DNA of 63,264 nt, filler included, from Hyphochytrium catenoides (taxonomy: Eukaryota; Protista; Hyphochytriomycota): the NCBI GenBank assembly GCA_900088475.1. It is 8 parts of 8 records of this genome, joined end to end, with 100 filler letters (N's around TTAATTAATTAA, not from the genome) between each part and the next. Parts side by side here need not be neighbours in the genome. Positions count along the whole stretch, not along the records: positions 1 to 30,959 come from FLMG01003117.1; 7 more parts are not named here. One strand, given 5' to 3'. Shown here one piece after another: positions 11,701 through 24,125 of this stretch. Made by a program: the position numbers and the translations under genes. The notes below the pieces were generated by a model. The model was not told where the DNA came from. It did no database searches and saw only the letters and a list, made by a program, of their open reading frames with translations. How positions within the stretch are numbered: the first letter of the stretch is position 1; every line of letters starts with the position of its first letter.

Positions 11701-13939
11701 TCTATGATTTGGAGCAAGGCGTGAACAAAGTCTTCGTCTTTCTCTGAGGATTAAAAGCAAAGATCGGCGCCGATGACTTAAACAGAGTTCCCTCTGCTTG
11801 GCGTTCTTAACGGTAGCATCATGACCTTACAAGGCTTGTTGGGAGCTTTCCTTGCCGCGTGACTGAGGGAAGAAGGCGGAAGGAGGCCCTTGACTCGAGT
11901 CTGAAAAGATAGTAGGAGCCGTTCTATAAAATTACTAACTAGCCTGAGTCCTAGACCATCATTTCCTCTTCGCCCGTGCCCTCCCATCTCCTTAAACAGT
12001 GCATCCCATGGCGTTCACAGGCGAGCAGTCTTGAGGTTTGAATGAGGGTAATTAGATCCTCTCGGTAACCGCGCAAGAATAATAGCTGCATGAGTAAGCA
12101 CCCTCCTGCTCTCTCTTTCTTTTTGTCTCTTTCTCCTGGCCTCGTTCTATGGTGCCTTGAACATGTTCATCATAGAAAGAAGTGAGTCCTCTCGGGACCT
12201 CCTGTATGTGACGTTGGTGGCTCTTCTATATCTACTTCCACTGGCTTGCTTGCATTCTTGCTCATAATTCTTGCCATTCTTCTCGTCGTGACCTTCGTAG
12301 ACAAAAAGAGAGACAGAGAAGAACGTCGGTGACGAGTCAGACGAGGATTCGCATTTGGCTTGTACGCTGCTGTTAATATTTGTTGTTCTTCTTCTCTAAA
12401 GCTGACGGAGGCAACCCTTGGCCTAGGTCCTGACTCAGTAGCCATACATGTCCCTAGGCTGACTCTAAAATATCATCTAATACGCTATCCGAGAGCTTAC
12501 CTCCTCCTGCCTCTCTTGGCTACTTTGTACGAGAACGCTGTCTCTTTTGCTGCCCAGTGAAAGAAGATATCCTTAGCAGCGGGACGGGCATGTGGATTAA
12601 CTCTCCTACGGCCATTTTTAAGGCTAACCTTTGTTGTTGCTACTCTCTTTTCCCAGAGCTCGACCGTGTCATTAGGTTCCAACGTGAGTGAGCTCAGCAC
12701 CATCATCCACATCACCGCCCACCAAGCATAGACTAATAATAGATCTATAGTTAGAAACAGTTCGTCTTTAGCGCAATACAGTTTTACGGGCCCAGGGAGT
12801 GCAAGAGACATAAGATACGCACACTTAATTAGCTGTCTGATTCCCTCCGCCCCGCTGTAGAACGTGGATACAGTATCTAACTCCTGCTTTAGAACTACCG
12901 GTACATCTTCATAAGTGATTACCACGGCATCGTACGATGGTTTATTCAAGTCTGTACAAGTACAGGCCTGGTAATTTCAAGCTAGCATCTGCATCCAAGT
13001 CCACTACTACCTGAGACGAGGAATTACGGTACCTGTTACTTATTATGGTCAGAACTGCGCAGTCTACTTGTACTTTCTTTCGTCTCCTGAAATCCTGAGA
13101 ATCTCAGGCCTTCTCCGATACCGTTCTACTCCTGTAGATCTACAAGTAGTCTAAAGACTTGCAACTACTGTCTACAATGTGGTGGTGTGGGAGATTGTAC
13201 TGCCTGGACTTGCACTACCCGTAGTACTTATCTTTCAGTTATTGTATTTATACTTGTAGGTTGTTCCTTGTGATAGAACTGTACAGCTCTAAGTGGAGAA
13301 TAACTTTGAGGATAATACTTTGTGTAGAGGTTAGGCGAGTAGATAAGTTTCTCTGACAAAAGGTACAGGGCACCGCTACTCTACTTGCACAAGTATCCAG
13401 CACGCCATCCAGCCGTGCATGTCAGGGCACTCAGATGTCATTGCCATCCACAACTCATCAGGAAGGGAATGCAGCGAGCGAGGTGTCGGGACAGCAGCGA
13501 CAGGAGTAGAGCCCATCATGACCTACTTGTTCTACTATCATCAGGAGAGCACTCCCACCATCATCATTAGTCGCTTCACAAAGGGAAGTGACGGATGATG
13601 CTGCAGCCCACATAGCCATAGGCTCATGCTTCACTTCTTCTCAACTTCTTCCCTGGTAGTAGGAGCGGCGCGCATGCTCTCAATCAGCGCGTGACGCTGA
13701 GCAGCAGCCATCACAGGCATACATACTGCGGCGCAGCGCCAATTGAGAAAGGTGGCATCGTCCTGTGCTATCCTGGCCTGACACTTGGCATTCTCGTTTG
13801 ATACGGACACCCCACCAATACGCCTTAGCCTCCAGACAGATAGTGGGACGTAGTAGTGCTAATTCGCGGCAGGGTCCAAATATCAGTACCTGTCCGACTG
13901 GAGTCCGTTGCGCTTGACAGGAAGCAAGAAGAAGAGGCA

Positions 13940-15217
13940 ATGAGAGGGAGTGTGAGAAATACTAAGCCCTCCACTGATGGTAACGAGCTCTGGCGAAAGG
14001 ATCCAGGTTGGTCGGATGCGTCTAATCAACCTGGGAGAAGCCTGTCAGTAGCGTTTAGATCGATGATTATGGTTACGCTGTTGGTCTTGGCGCTGACGCT
14101 TGCCATATTCAATTCTTGTTGGCGAGATTCTTCCGATGTCCTACGCGCTCCAGCATTGCAGTATATTCATGGAGACAAACTGACAGAGAGTGCTACCGGT
14201 GGCCCAGCTCTTCGTGCTAGTCCTGCCACAGGTCTCTTGTTGCCTCTGACGTCAACTACTGCTTCTGTTCCAGGCCGGAATTCAGCATCAGCGTGGTGGT
14301 CTAACACAGCGCTGACGGACCCGAAGGTCAGAGTCATCTCCATGATCTCACGTGGAGACTACCAGAGACTCGGAAGCTTTATGGCTCACTGGGACCTCCA
14401 CAACGTCAGTTACTTTCCCAAACCAACGCTCTTCCACGCTGTAGACGTGGCAGGAATCCCCAGAGAAGAAATGTGGTTTAGCAGAAGCGATCAAAGTAAC
14501 TCCTACTATTATAGCAGCTTTGGCGCTTATGGTTGCTTGCTATCTCACCTCCATCTCATGAAGGAGCATGAAGCAGAAAACCAGAACCGCCATGCAGATG
14601 AGCTCGACAAGTACAGCGACTTAGTCATCTTTGAGGATGATGCTGCTTTCATTGACGGCTTTGAGGATATTCTCATAAAGACTCTAAGGGACAACAAACG
14701 AGCTCTCTCGGATTGGGACTTCTTCTACCTTGGCGGCACTGTATGGAGGCCGCCTATGGTCAATGCATCCGCCATGGGCTATTTCAAGTTGGAGACCATG
14801 GGGAACACTCACGCTTATATGATAAGAGGCAAATCTATCAGGAGGATCGTTGAGTACATCGAGTCTAATAGGGATATCCTGCCGATCGATATCGTATACT
14901 CTGACCTGATGGAGAGGAAGATCATGAATGGTTATTCTCCTGGTAAGATACTCTCGGGGCAATTGCAGGATGCTGGTAGCGTGATCAATGCGCGAGAGAC
15001 CAACTTCGCACATGGAGCTCAGAACACCATGACCCTAGGCTGTGGGTTTATGAATATGATTGGAGAGTTCTGCGACCAGTGTGCGGATAAGGCTAGCATC
15101 AAAGGGGCTGCTTGCGGGGCCTGCTGTGGGCCTTATACGTACCGAGTCCGTCACACGGTATTCAACGCGGCCTTAGGAAGTACCTCGATTGTGCCTGGGG
15201 AAGTTGTCAGAGCATGA
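13940..15217 (+). CDS. glycosyltransferase family 25 protein, type II membrane topology
   Basis: GT25 motifs GAYGCLLSH, LVIFEDDA, WDFFYLG, THAYMI and PIDIVY are present, with an N-terminal TM segment (MIMVTLLVLALTLAIFNSCW) and a Ser/Thr/Ala stem. The first ATG is at 13940; intronless. Confidence 0.88.
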   Translation: MRGSVRNTKPSTDGNELWRKDPGWSDASNQPGRSLSVAFRSMIMVTLLVLALTLAIFNSCWRDSSDVLRAPALQYIHGDKLTESATGGPALRASPATGLLLPLTSTTASVPGRNSASAWWSNTALTDPKVRVISMISRGDYQRLGSFMAHWDLHNVSYFPKPTLFHAVDVAGIPREEMWFSRSDQSNSYYYSSFGAYGCLLSHLHLMKEHEAENQNRHADELDKYSDLVIFEDDAAFIDGFEDILIKTLRDNKRALSDWDFFYLGGTVWRPPMVNASAMGYFKLETMGNTHAYMIRGKSIRRIVEYIESNRDILPIDIVYSDLMERKIMNGYSPGKILSGQLQDAGSVINARETNFAHGAQNTMTLGCGFMNMIGEFCDQCADKASIKGAACGACCGPYTYRVRHTVFNAALGSTSIVPGEVVRA

Positions 15218-16926
15218 TAATAGGCACACCAGCCAGACTCTGCCTGATGGCGACAGTCAGGTAGTTCTTTGTTGTCATGGCACCTTGTGGCAAGAAATGG
15301 CTCTTTTTTTTCTGTGAGAAGCGGCTTTTGCTATATATTACTGTCTGTTGCTAGGACAAGAGGATAAACGACACGATCGCTCAGAACAATCGGCCATGAC
15401 CCGTACGTCTCATCGTCATTCATTGTTCTTAACAGCAAAAGAAGACACTTGAAGAAGAAGTGGAAGGATAACAAAACAGTATAATAATGACAAGTTTGCT
15501 CCCTATCTTTTATTCTATATGGCCTGACTTCACCGCTCAGCCAGGGCAGCGACTCTGCGGTCCATGCATCGTCTATCTATCTGTTCCATTTGTACTTCGA
15601 GCACTCGGCCAGCGTGCGAATTTCCTGGCAGGCCTCATCCATTCTTTTTTCCTTAGTTCCGCATAGATGACATCATACATAACAGGAGAGCCCATCTCCT
15701 GTTTCTGTTCGATGAGGGGTAGTCTTTCGCTGTCCCATACTACCTTTGCTCTTCTCTCCTTGCAATCCGTCATCCACCATGTTTGCTGGTAGCATCTAGC
15801 AAGGTAGTACAGGATGGTTGTTGGTCTCACACTTTCAAGCTCTTCTTCTCTGCTAGTGAAAGAGATTGGTCATCGCTTGGAAGAAGCAGGAGCTAGATAC
15901 ATTTGGTCGTGCTATCTCGGCCCGTCACTTTCTTTTGATTGCGCCGTGGTCTTTGACGTTCGTCTTTCAGAGGAGGATATCGTTGTCTTCTCGACAGAGC
16001 TCAGCAGAGCCTTTGAAAGAATGTGGGAGGTCGATGACATATACCAGTCAAAGGCCAAGAGTGAGACGGATTAAGAATAATACTCAGTGAGAAAGGATAA
16101 CTTGGCCTTTTCACTGCGTAAGAAGGACCGTCAGCCATTTCCTTCCGGGAGCTAGACTGTTGAGCACCGGAAGATAGACCGACTCCTTATGAGAAACGAC
16201 ACTTGCACCAGACATTAAGACACTGGCCGACCAGGCAAACAGAGGAACCATAGTACTATGAAGAAGATAAAGAAGCAGATTGACGAGGGCCGAAGTTGGT
16301 ATGTGCAAAAGAGCTTCATAGAGACCAACAGCCTTAAGGAGGGCGGTCGCACACATGTGCACCCGAAGGACACGAAGATCCACTTTGAGTGCATTGTGAT
16401 AAGGGTTAGCCGCCAATTAATTAGCGCACATTGTGCGCTTTAGGTATGCACGGGAGTGTTGGGTATAGGGTTCCGAACCTTCCGCTGAAAGAAGCGTTAC
16501 ACAAGTATCCTGACCGGACCCGGACCGTCCCAGCAACCACTCCTCCGGCCAAACATGAAGATATTCTTTGGTCGAATGCTCACCCGTCTGCTCACCAGCA
16601 CCATCATCGCCTTTCTCCGCCTTCATCACCATCGATGCTTATCCTCCTTTATCCCTGTCCTTGCTGCTGCTGCTCACCTGCAGCTACCGCTCCTCCTCCT
16701 CCGGGCGACTTCGTCGGTCAGAAGACAGGTAAAGGTATGTGATAAAGAGGAGGCACCGTCGGTTGGTGGAGAAAGCAGAGAAATGAATGACGCGGCAAGT
16801 AATTAGATTTGTAGCTCTTGCCCCGTTGCTCCATAGCGCCTGCCGTCAAAAACTCTTCTTCATAACAAGATAAGCTCAGCCCAGCCCAAGCGCACGCACA
16901 GCACTCTGCAAGCACCACTTACAAAT

Positions 16927-19654
16927 ATGACGACAACCGCGACTCGCCGAAGGCATGTATTCTTCGCTGCTGACTCTCAGGATGAGAAGGACAGTGCCGT
17001 CGTTGCCGCGCTCAAAGCGGAGATGCAGGCCAAAAATATCCGCTACTACCAGCCTAAGCGGGATGAGGACGTCAACACCTCAATCGCGCACGGGATTGAG
17101 GGCGCAAGTGTCGTCTTGGTATTTGCCTCTCCCGCTCTTCAGCGCTCGAAGACGGGGTCTAAGGTTGTCAACTATGCAGACCAGACGAAAACACCTTTGT
17201 TGAATGTCAAGCATCGGCCAGAGTTCCAGCCGACAGACTGGCTGGGTGCCATCTTGGCTCCAGTGGCATCCTGCGCTCCCGCTTGTGACGAGATCTTGAA
17301 TACGATCTCCTCTGTTTTGCAAATCCACATTGCAGCGCTAACAGTAAGTCCTGAAGAGCAGCTGCAGCTTCAGTCAGAGGCACAACTGGATTCTGAAAAT
17401 GCAGAGGACCAGGGTCGTTATTTCTTCTATGGCGGTACGGCGATGGGAAATGTGGACGCCTACTACGGTCACGGTGGCTCTAACTACCCGATGGCTTTTG
17501 AGGTGAGCTCCGTCTACATTATGCTGGATGCAGTGTGTATTATTTGACCACCTACCATTGCGCCCTTGCTCCTTCCTTATTACTGTTCTGACATCACTTC
17601 GTTCTCTGCCCACACTCTCCCCATTGCCCGCTTCTCGCCGTTTCCTTGCCAATTGGCGGTGATGGTTTCTCAAGTTTCTTGGATTGGAGGATGGTAGGGT
17701 CTTTGGGCAAGGCGATGACCAAGTTGGCGCGTTCACCATTGCAGGAAACTATGACCAGGTTTCTCCCGGTGACTGCGGGAATGTGTCCTTCTGCAAGCAG
17801 TACATCGGACGCCACACTGTTTATTACTCGGGAAGCATAAGCCTTGAGGGAGCAACGTGCACAATGCAGGGAACATGGGAGATTCCAAGCGATGGAACAG
17901 TTTTCAGTGATGCCTTTGGGATTACACTCGCGCTTTCGCTGCCATCTTCCGCTAGCCTCCACCCTCAGAAGGGCTATAGCGCAGTGGCAAGACTGCTGCA
18001 GGGAGAAGCACTGGTTAATGGCCATGAACCGAGCGCCACCATGCCGGGAGGAAAGGCCTCGTCTCGTGGCACGCGAGTACTCGTATTATATTGTTCCCCC
18101 CAACACGCTCTCTCTGAGAGAGTCACTGCCGCCCTCACGGCGGCGGGAATTCCCGCTGAACTTCCTGAACTCGATGTCAATGCCATGATCCGTGCGGTAG
18201 CAGAGAATGCCGCAGCGGTTGTACCTCTAATGAGCCAAGCATATCAAGACTCTGCGATAGCCAACAAGGTTCTCGCTTACGCTGAGAGAGCAGGAGTTCC
18301 CATTGTTCCAGTGAAGGCACAGAAAAACTTCACGCAGAGCAGTTGGTTGGGCGTGATCTGCGCAGGAGCTCTCTGGACCCAGATCACGGATGATGACAGT
18401 GCCTTTGATCAGAAGATTAAGGACTTGATCGTGCAGCTCTCAGCTTACACGTCTCCTTCCTCTTCTTCCCTAGCCAACGGCGATTCTAACAATTCGCAGG
18501 TCCTCGTTGACGGTATAAATGCGACTGGTTACTACCTTCAGCAGCAGACAAAGCATCCAATGCGGTTTGACATGTTTGCGATGGTAAACGGGAATATTGC
18601 TGGGCAGGGTGACGATGAGATCGGTCCGTTTGTCATTCAAGGAACCTATCTCCCGGAGCAAGAGCCACAGAGCAGCTACCAGGTCCAATTTGTCAAGCAA
18701 TATCTTGGAAAACACCAGGTGATATACGCTGGAGTTGGAAGAGCAAGTGACGACGGGATCTACCTCGTTCTTCAGGGTACCTGGACGATAGGTGAGTGGT
18801 CTGATGGTTTTGAGCTCCAGTTGCCATTAGAGCGGCAATCTTCGCAGCGAGGCTTGCATATTATGTTGAGCTACCAATGGAACAGTCAAGAAACCGTGAA
18901 GAAAGTGGCGGATCTCCTCAGATCGAGGAATATTCGGATCTGGTTCGACATCTCAGGAGATATGAAAGGGAATATCAACGCGGCTATGGCCAACGGCGTA
19001 GAGAAAGCGGCGGCAGTGGTGAGCTTCACCTCCAGTGCTTATTCAAAGAGTGTCAACTGCCAAAAAGAGCTCAATTATGCCTCACAGCTAAAGAAACAGA
19101 TCATACCCGTTCTCCTAGAGGATGCCAGCACAGCTGACAATTGGCTGCGAAGCATCGTTGCATCACTGAACGCCGTCAACATGCAAGACAACAATCAATT
19201 CAATGAAAGCTCCGATCTTCTTGTCCAAAGGATTGATGCCATTTTGAAGCAGAGGGAGGCCGAAGATGAGTCGTCCCTTCCTGCCTCCAAAGTGACCACG
19301 CGCTTTGAAGGCGGCTCAGTGGCTGGAAAGTACTATCAACAAGGGCAAGGTGTGGACATGTATTTTGAGTTCTTCAGCCTCCGGCAAGGAAGAGTATCTG
19401 GACAGGGAGAGGACCAGATTGGAGTCTTCACTATGGCAGGGACCTATGACAACAGTGGTGCGGCGACCTTCATCAAGCAGTATATCGGAAAGCATCAGGT
19501 GCAGTACGATGGGACCATTAGCTATGACTCTAACGGTGGATTCCGAATGGAAGGGAGCTGGTGGGTAGGCGCATTGACAGATAAGTTCTATCTTCAATCT
19601 CTCACCAGTGCTGCCAAAAAGAAGATGGTCCACGCCGCCAATGGACAGCCTTGA
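16927..19654 (+). CDS. tandem (TIR + beta-rich domain)x3 protein, ~851 aa; exons 16927-17502 and 17675-19654
   Basis: TIR3 is a canonical TIR_2-like domain (HIMLSYQW...IWFDI...MANGVEKAAAVV...YSKSVNCQKELNYA...IIPV); TIR1 and TIR2 are divergent copies. The intron GAG|GTGAGC...TCAAG|TTT restores MAFEFLGLEDGRVFGQGDDQVG, which is colinear with repeat 3 (MYFEFFSLRQGRVSGQGEDQIG). Confidence 0.92.
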
Positions 19655-21328
19655 CACCCTGCCTATCATGGAGTGAAGGTTAACACGCACTAAAAAGAGG
19701 TTGGAAGCAACCAAAGGTCGCCATGTAGAGGATTGAAGAGTCATAACAGCCACAGGTAGATTGCTGGCGAAGGACGCAGACAGTGTCTGCGTCAGCTATT
19801 GAGAGGTACTCTAAATCTCAACAAATTACCGAACCCCATAACGCGACAAGGAGAACAAGGACAGGCGTGTGATCCTTGTCGCTATACTCTGCTACTTTAT
19901 GTTGCCAGAAGCTCAAACAGGCAAGTCGATTTCTATTAGCTTTTGGCCTCCTCAAATACCTCATAAAGCCTGTCGTACGCGTACGCCTGAGTCATCGTCG
20001 CACTCGGAGAGAGTCGCTTGACATATGCTATGAGTGGCGTTAGCCTAAGATTCCTACTTTTAGCGTCGGTGCTAGGAGCAAATACAAGCAGCTAAATGAC
20101 CTCGCACTAAGTCAGTGGCAGGGGCATGGAAAGCGAGACTCTAGATGGCAAGAGTAGTTATTATAGAGCTTCTTCAACAAAGGCTAGCTAGAGCATGCAG
20201 ACGCTACATTACCATTGTCACATGGTAAGAGCTCCTCGATCCTCTTCTAAGATACTTGAGGAGACTTGAGGGAATAAAAAAGAAAGACACTGAAGGACCT
20301 AGTGCAGGCTATTGAGGTCAAATGAGAGAGCAAGACGAGGCTAGAGCGACATAGAAAAGATTGACAAATATTGACGCAAGCGTGGAGAGTGCGAAAAGAG
20401 GAAAAAGCAGAAAGCGAAAGAGAAGTGAGCAGAGAGATTCTAGGTCATAGACTCGCGCCAAACGGACGAACGAGATCTCCTCTTCTTATCCTATGGTCCC
20501 TTCCCCTAGCCAATGTCCGCAAAGGATGCATGGCAAGATAGATTGGCCTCACAAATTTATTGACTGATGGCTACCCATAATCAAGTCAGGGAATCCAATA
20601 GTTCCAAGAGAGCTCGAAATAGGCACGGGGAGCTCTGGTCGAAGGTCTGGATCGAGCAACTATTGACTCTGTCCTGGGTCAAAAACTGAAAGGCGGGGGC
20701 AAAGCTCTGAGATCTTTATATCTGGCGATCTGACAGACGGAGATCTCTGAAGCTCTGGCTGGTTCTGATGAATTCTGAAGCTCAGCTGCCCGGCCCACAA
20801 AGAGATCTCGCACCCTCCGCAAATGGACCATCTCCTGGTATAACAGGAGCCTTCGGCCTTTGCGGTCCCTCAGGCAGGGTTATGTTCAAGCGGTTATGAT
20901 CGATAAGAACCTGACACGAATCTTTCAAACAACATAGGTTACCGAAATGTTGCAGGTGGTGCTGTTTGCATTATGAGGTAATTTGTTCTCTTGGAAACCT
21001 TTGTCCCTTTCATTTGATTTGTTTCAAAGATCCTTTCGCGGATCCTTCTTGATGTTGATGAGTGCATGAGACTGGGCGACCAAGGCGCACAAAGGTTAGA
21101 AGGGAGGTAGGAAGGAAGGAAAGAAAGAAGAGGGCAGAGCTGTAACCACATAGAAAGTGCCTACCGAGAGATCTTGTTGTCCAGTCGGAGATCTTCCATC
21201 CAAAGAACAAGCGAGCACTCACGAGCTTCAAAGGAGCAAAGACCTGGACCATCGAGCCATAGACCCCGGAGTCGCTTTACAAGCTAAAGTAGCCGACGAG
21301 CCGCTTCAAGCTGCAGGCAAGAGGCACG

Positions 21329-23298
21329 ATGTTATCCACCGGCGGCAAGCCGACGAAGGCTGATAGTCCTCGCAATCAGGCAAACAAGAGGAAGGTTGAG
21401 AATATAGCTATTGACTCCTCTTTGGGGAAGAAAGCCTTCCTCACAGATGAGGCCGCGGCATGGGCGAGAACTTCCATAGACTACATTACGGAAGCTCTCA
21501 TTGATAACAGTTCCTCGAGTTGCCCCATCTATGCAAGCGCCTGCATGCAGCGGACGGCGCCTAAGAGAGATCTTCCTGACCTTCCAATGAGTCCAAAGAT
21601 GGCACAACAGCTCATCCGCGATGAACTCTCTCTAGATGGGAACCCTAAACTTAACATGGCGACCTTTGTCACTACCTACATGGACAAAGAGGCAGAGGAG
21701 TTGATGCTCTCGGGCATGAGGAAAAACTTCATTGATCAGGACGAGTATGAGCAAACCACTGAGCTTCACAATCGCTGTGTATCAATGTTGGCGCGTCTAT
21801 ATCACGCTCCAGATCCTCCTGAACAGGTCCCGTACACGGGCACGGGCTGCATTGGGTCGTCAGAAGCGATAATGCTAAGCGTCCTGGCCATGAAATGGAA
21901 GTGGCGTGAGAGACGCCGAGCACAAGGCAAACCTTGCGACCGCCCTAACATGGTGTGTGGCGCTAATGTCCAGGTCTGCTGGCACAAAGCTTGCCGGTAC
22001 TTCGAAGTGGAATGCAGAGAGGCCTCAGTATCTCCTGACTGCTTGGTTCTGACGGCAGAAAGAGCGAAGCCCTTGATTGATGAGAACACTATCGGTGTTT
22101 GCGCTATTCTTGGAAGCACCTTCAATGGCGAGTTTGAGGATGTGAAAGGGATTCATGACATGGTCCAAGAAGTCAATAAGAAGAATCAGTGGGCCGTTCC
22201 CGTCCATGTAGACGCCGCCAGCGGCGGGTTCATCGCTCCCTTTATCAGTCCAGACCTCCTATGGGACTTCAGGCTGCCCTGCGTGAAGTCGATTAATGTC
22301 AGCGGCCATAAGTTTGGCTTGGTCTATGCTGGCATTGGATGGGCGCTCTGGAGGTGAGAATCGCGGACACTTAACTGTGTGTGGCGCCTCTTTTCATCTC
22401 ATGGTAGAGTCTCAGCGGTCCCTCGTCCTTTGCTCCATGGGCGCTCTTCTTTTTTTGCTCTCATCTGTTCTGCTACCTGTTCAGTTGCCGCTATTTACGC
22501 CTCTTTCTCCACCCTTTGGCTCTAGATGCCCCGCTAACGGCTGTCCTGCATGGCCCTTAGCTCCTCAACCTTGCACCGCTTCCTCTTAGCGTCTCCATGT
22601 AGAAACTGTTTTAATCTTAAGACTTACCTACACTCTTTCTCTCTCGTCGCAGAGAACCGCAGGACTTGCCGGCAGATCTTGTCTTCCATGTCAACTACTT
22701 GGGTGGCGACCAAGCGTCCTTCACGCTCAACTTCTCTAAGAGTGCTTCCACTGTCATTGGCCAGTATTATAACCTGATTCGCCTTGGGAGGCAAGGGTAC
22801 AGAGCCATCATGGAGACTAGCATGAAAAATGCTCAGTATCTGCGTGACCAGATCATAAGGACGGGAAAGTTTCATATTGTGGACAAACAAGACATGCCTC
22901 TCGTGGCCTTCAGCCTTAAAGACCGGACCAAGTTCTCTGAGTTTGACATCCAGGACCGTATGAGACATAGCGGGTGGATTATCCCAGCTTATACCTGTCC
23001 TAAAGGGGCTGAAGACCTGATCATTATGCGCGTTGTCGTCAAGCAGAACTTCTCGCATGACCTTGCGGACGTGCTCGTAAGACACTTGCATCAAGCTATC
23101 GAGCTCCTAGAGCAGCTGGAGAAAGCCAAGAAGCCTCCTACTCATGAAGAGAAACTCCAAGACTCCACAGTGAGAAAGTTCAAAACGGCCCTGGCGACTT
23201 CAAGAGCCACCAAAAAGCTTCTCCGTCACTCGCATTCGACGATGGCCTCCACCATTGACCATCGCTTCAAGGGAGAGCGTACTTCTGGTGTCTGCTAA
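21329..23298 (+). CDS. GAD: glutamate decarboxylase (PLP-dependent), ~556 aa; exons 21329-22353 and 22653-23298
   Basis: Motifs DELSLDGNPKLNMATFVTT, GSSEAIML, HVDAASGGF, PLP-lysine SGHKFGL, FHVNYLGG and FTLNFS are present. A phase-2 GT-AG intron at 22354-22652 joins ALWR-EPQDLP. Confidence 0.97.
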
Positions 23299-24125
23299 GC
23301 TCTCGTTCTTTCTTTCTCTCTCTTCCTGTGTCTTTTTGCCATCGACATCACAGCGCTTCTGGTGTTACTTAGGAGTACCCCGTAGTCCTCTAGTCTACTC
23401 TTTATCTCCTAAAATAGGATTGAACAGGCTTACTCTCTCCATTCGTGTCGCCTTGCTTATCGATTGTCTCAAGAATTGGCCAGGATCTTAGTTCTGACAG
23501 TGGAAACACTGAAAGTGTCTTCGTGATGGAGAAGTAGAAAGAGACGTTGAGAGCACGTCCTAGAAATCTGTTGTCCGTGTGAAAGGGATGCTCCTCGCTT
23601 TTGTTCTGCCCTTGGTATGTGACATCTGCGATGTGCTGCTGCTAATTGAAGGCAGGCAGTAATGAAGCCAAGGATCTCTGGTGGAAAAAGAAGAGATAGG
23701 CTTCTTGGTGCGACACTTGAACAGATGAGCAGTGAAGCCTGTCTACCTCTATATTACGAAGAGAGAGAATCCTAGCTCGCAGAACAGGAGGTTCAAAAGT
23801 CGAGACATATCGACAGTTGTTTATAAACATTCGCACTGGGTAGCTTGCAGGCAATCACTCTTCTGTTTTATACTCGCGCCATTGCGGCGGTTGGAGACTC
23901 CAACAGCTGAGCACTGTCGATGGGCCCTTCTGTTGAGAAAGAGCTAGGGTCGTCATCTTTCTCTCTCTCTCTCTCTCTGGATTTCCTCTCGTTCCCTCTC
24001 CCGCTCCTCATCTCCTTTTCTATATACAGGGACCAGGCTTCCTTCCTTATAAGGGGCAGTGACTTCGTTTTAACCCTTCAACAAAATTTATGCGAAGGAA
24101 GGCGAGACAACCTTGTCAATCGCGC

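Noticed and set aside
5500-12950. Several 100-240 aa ORFs (e.g. 6927-7583, 9148-9861, 12497-12949)
   Set aside because: No recognisable motifs or consistent exon chain. They may be decayed genes or TEs, but I cannot support a call.
15814-16443. In-frame ORF pieces separated only by TAA/TAG, hinting at stop-codon reassignment
   Set aside because: GAD ends in TAA and the well-supported genes have no internal stops. A decayed sequence or chance is more likely.
13940-23298. GT25, TIR protein and GAD as a functional gene cluster
   Set aside because: They are co-oriented neighbours 1.7 kb apart, but no shared pathway is evident. Conserved synteny or co-expression would be needed.
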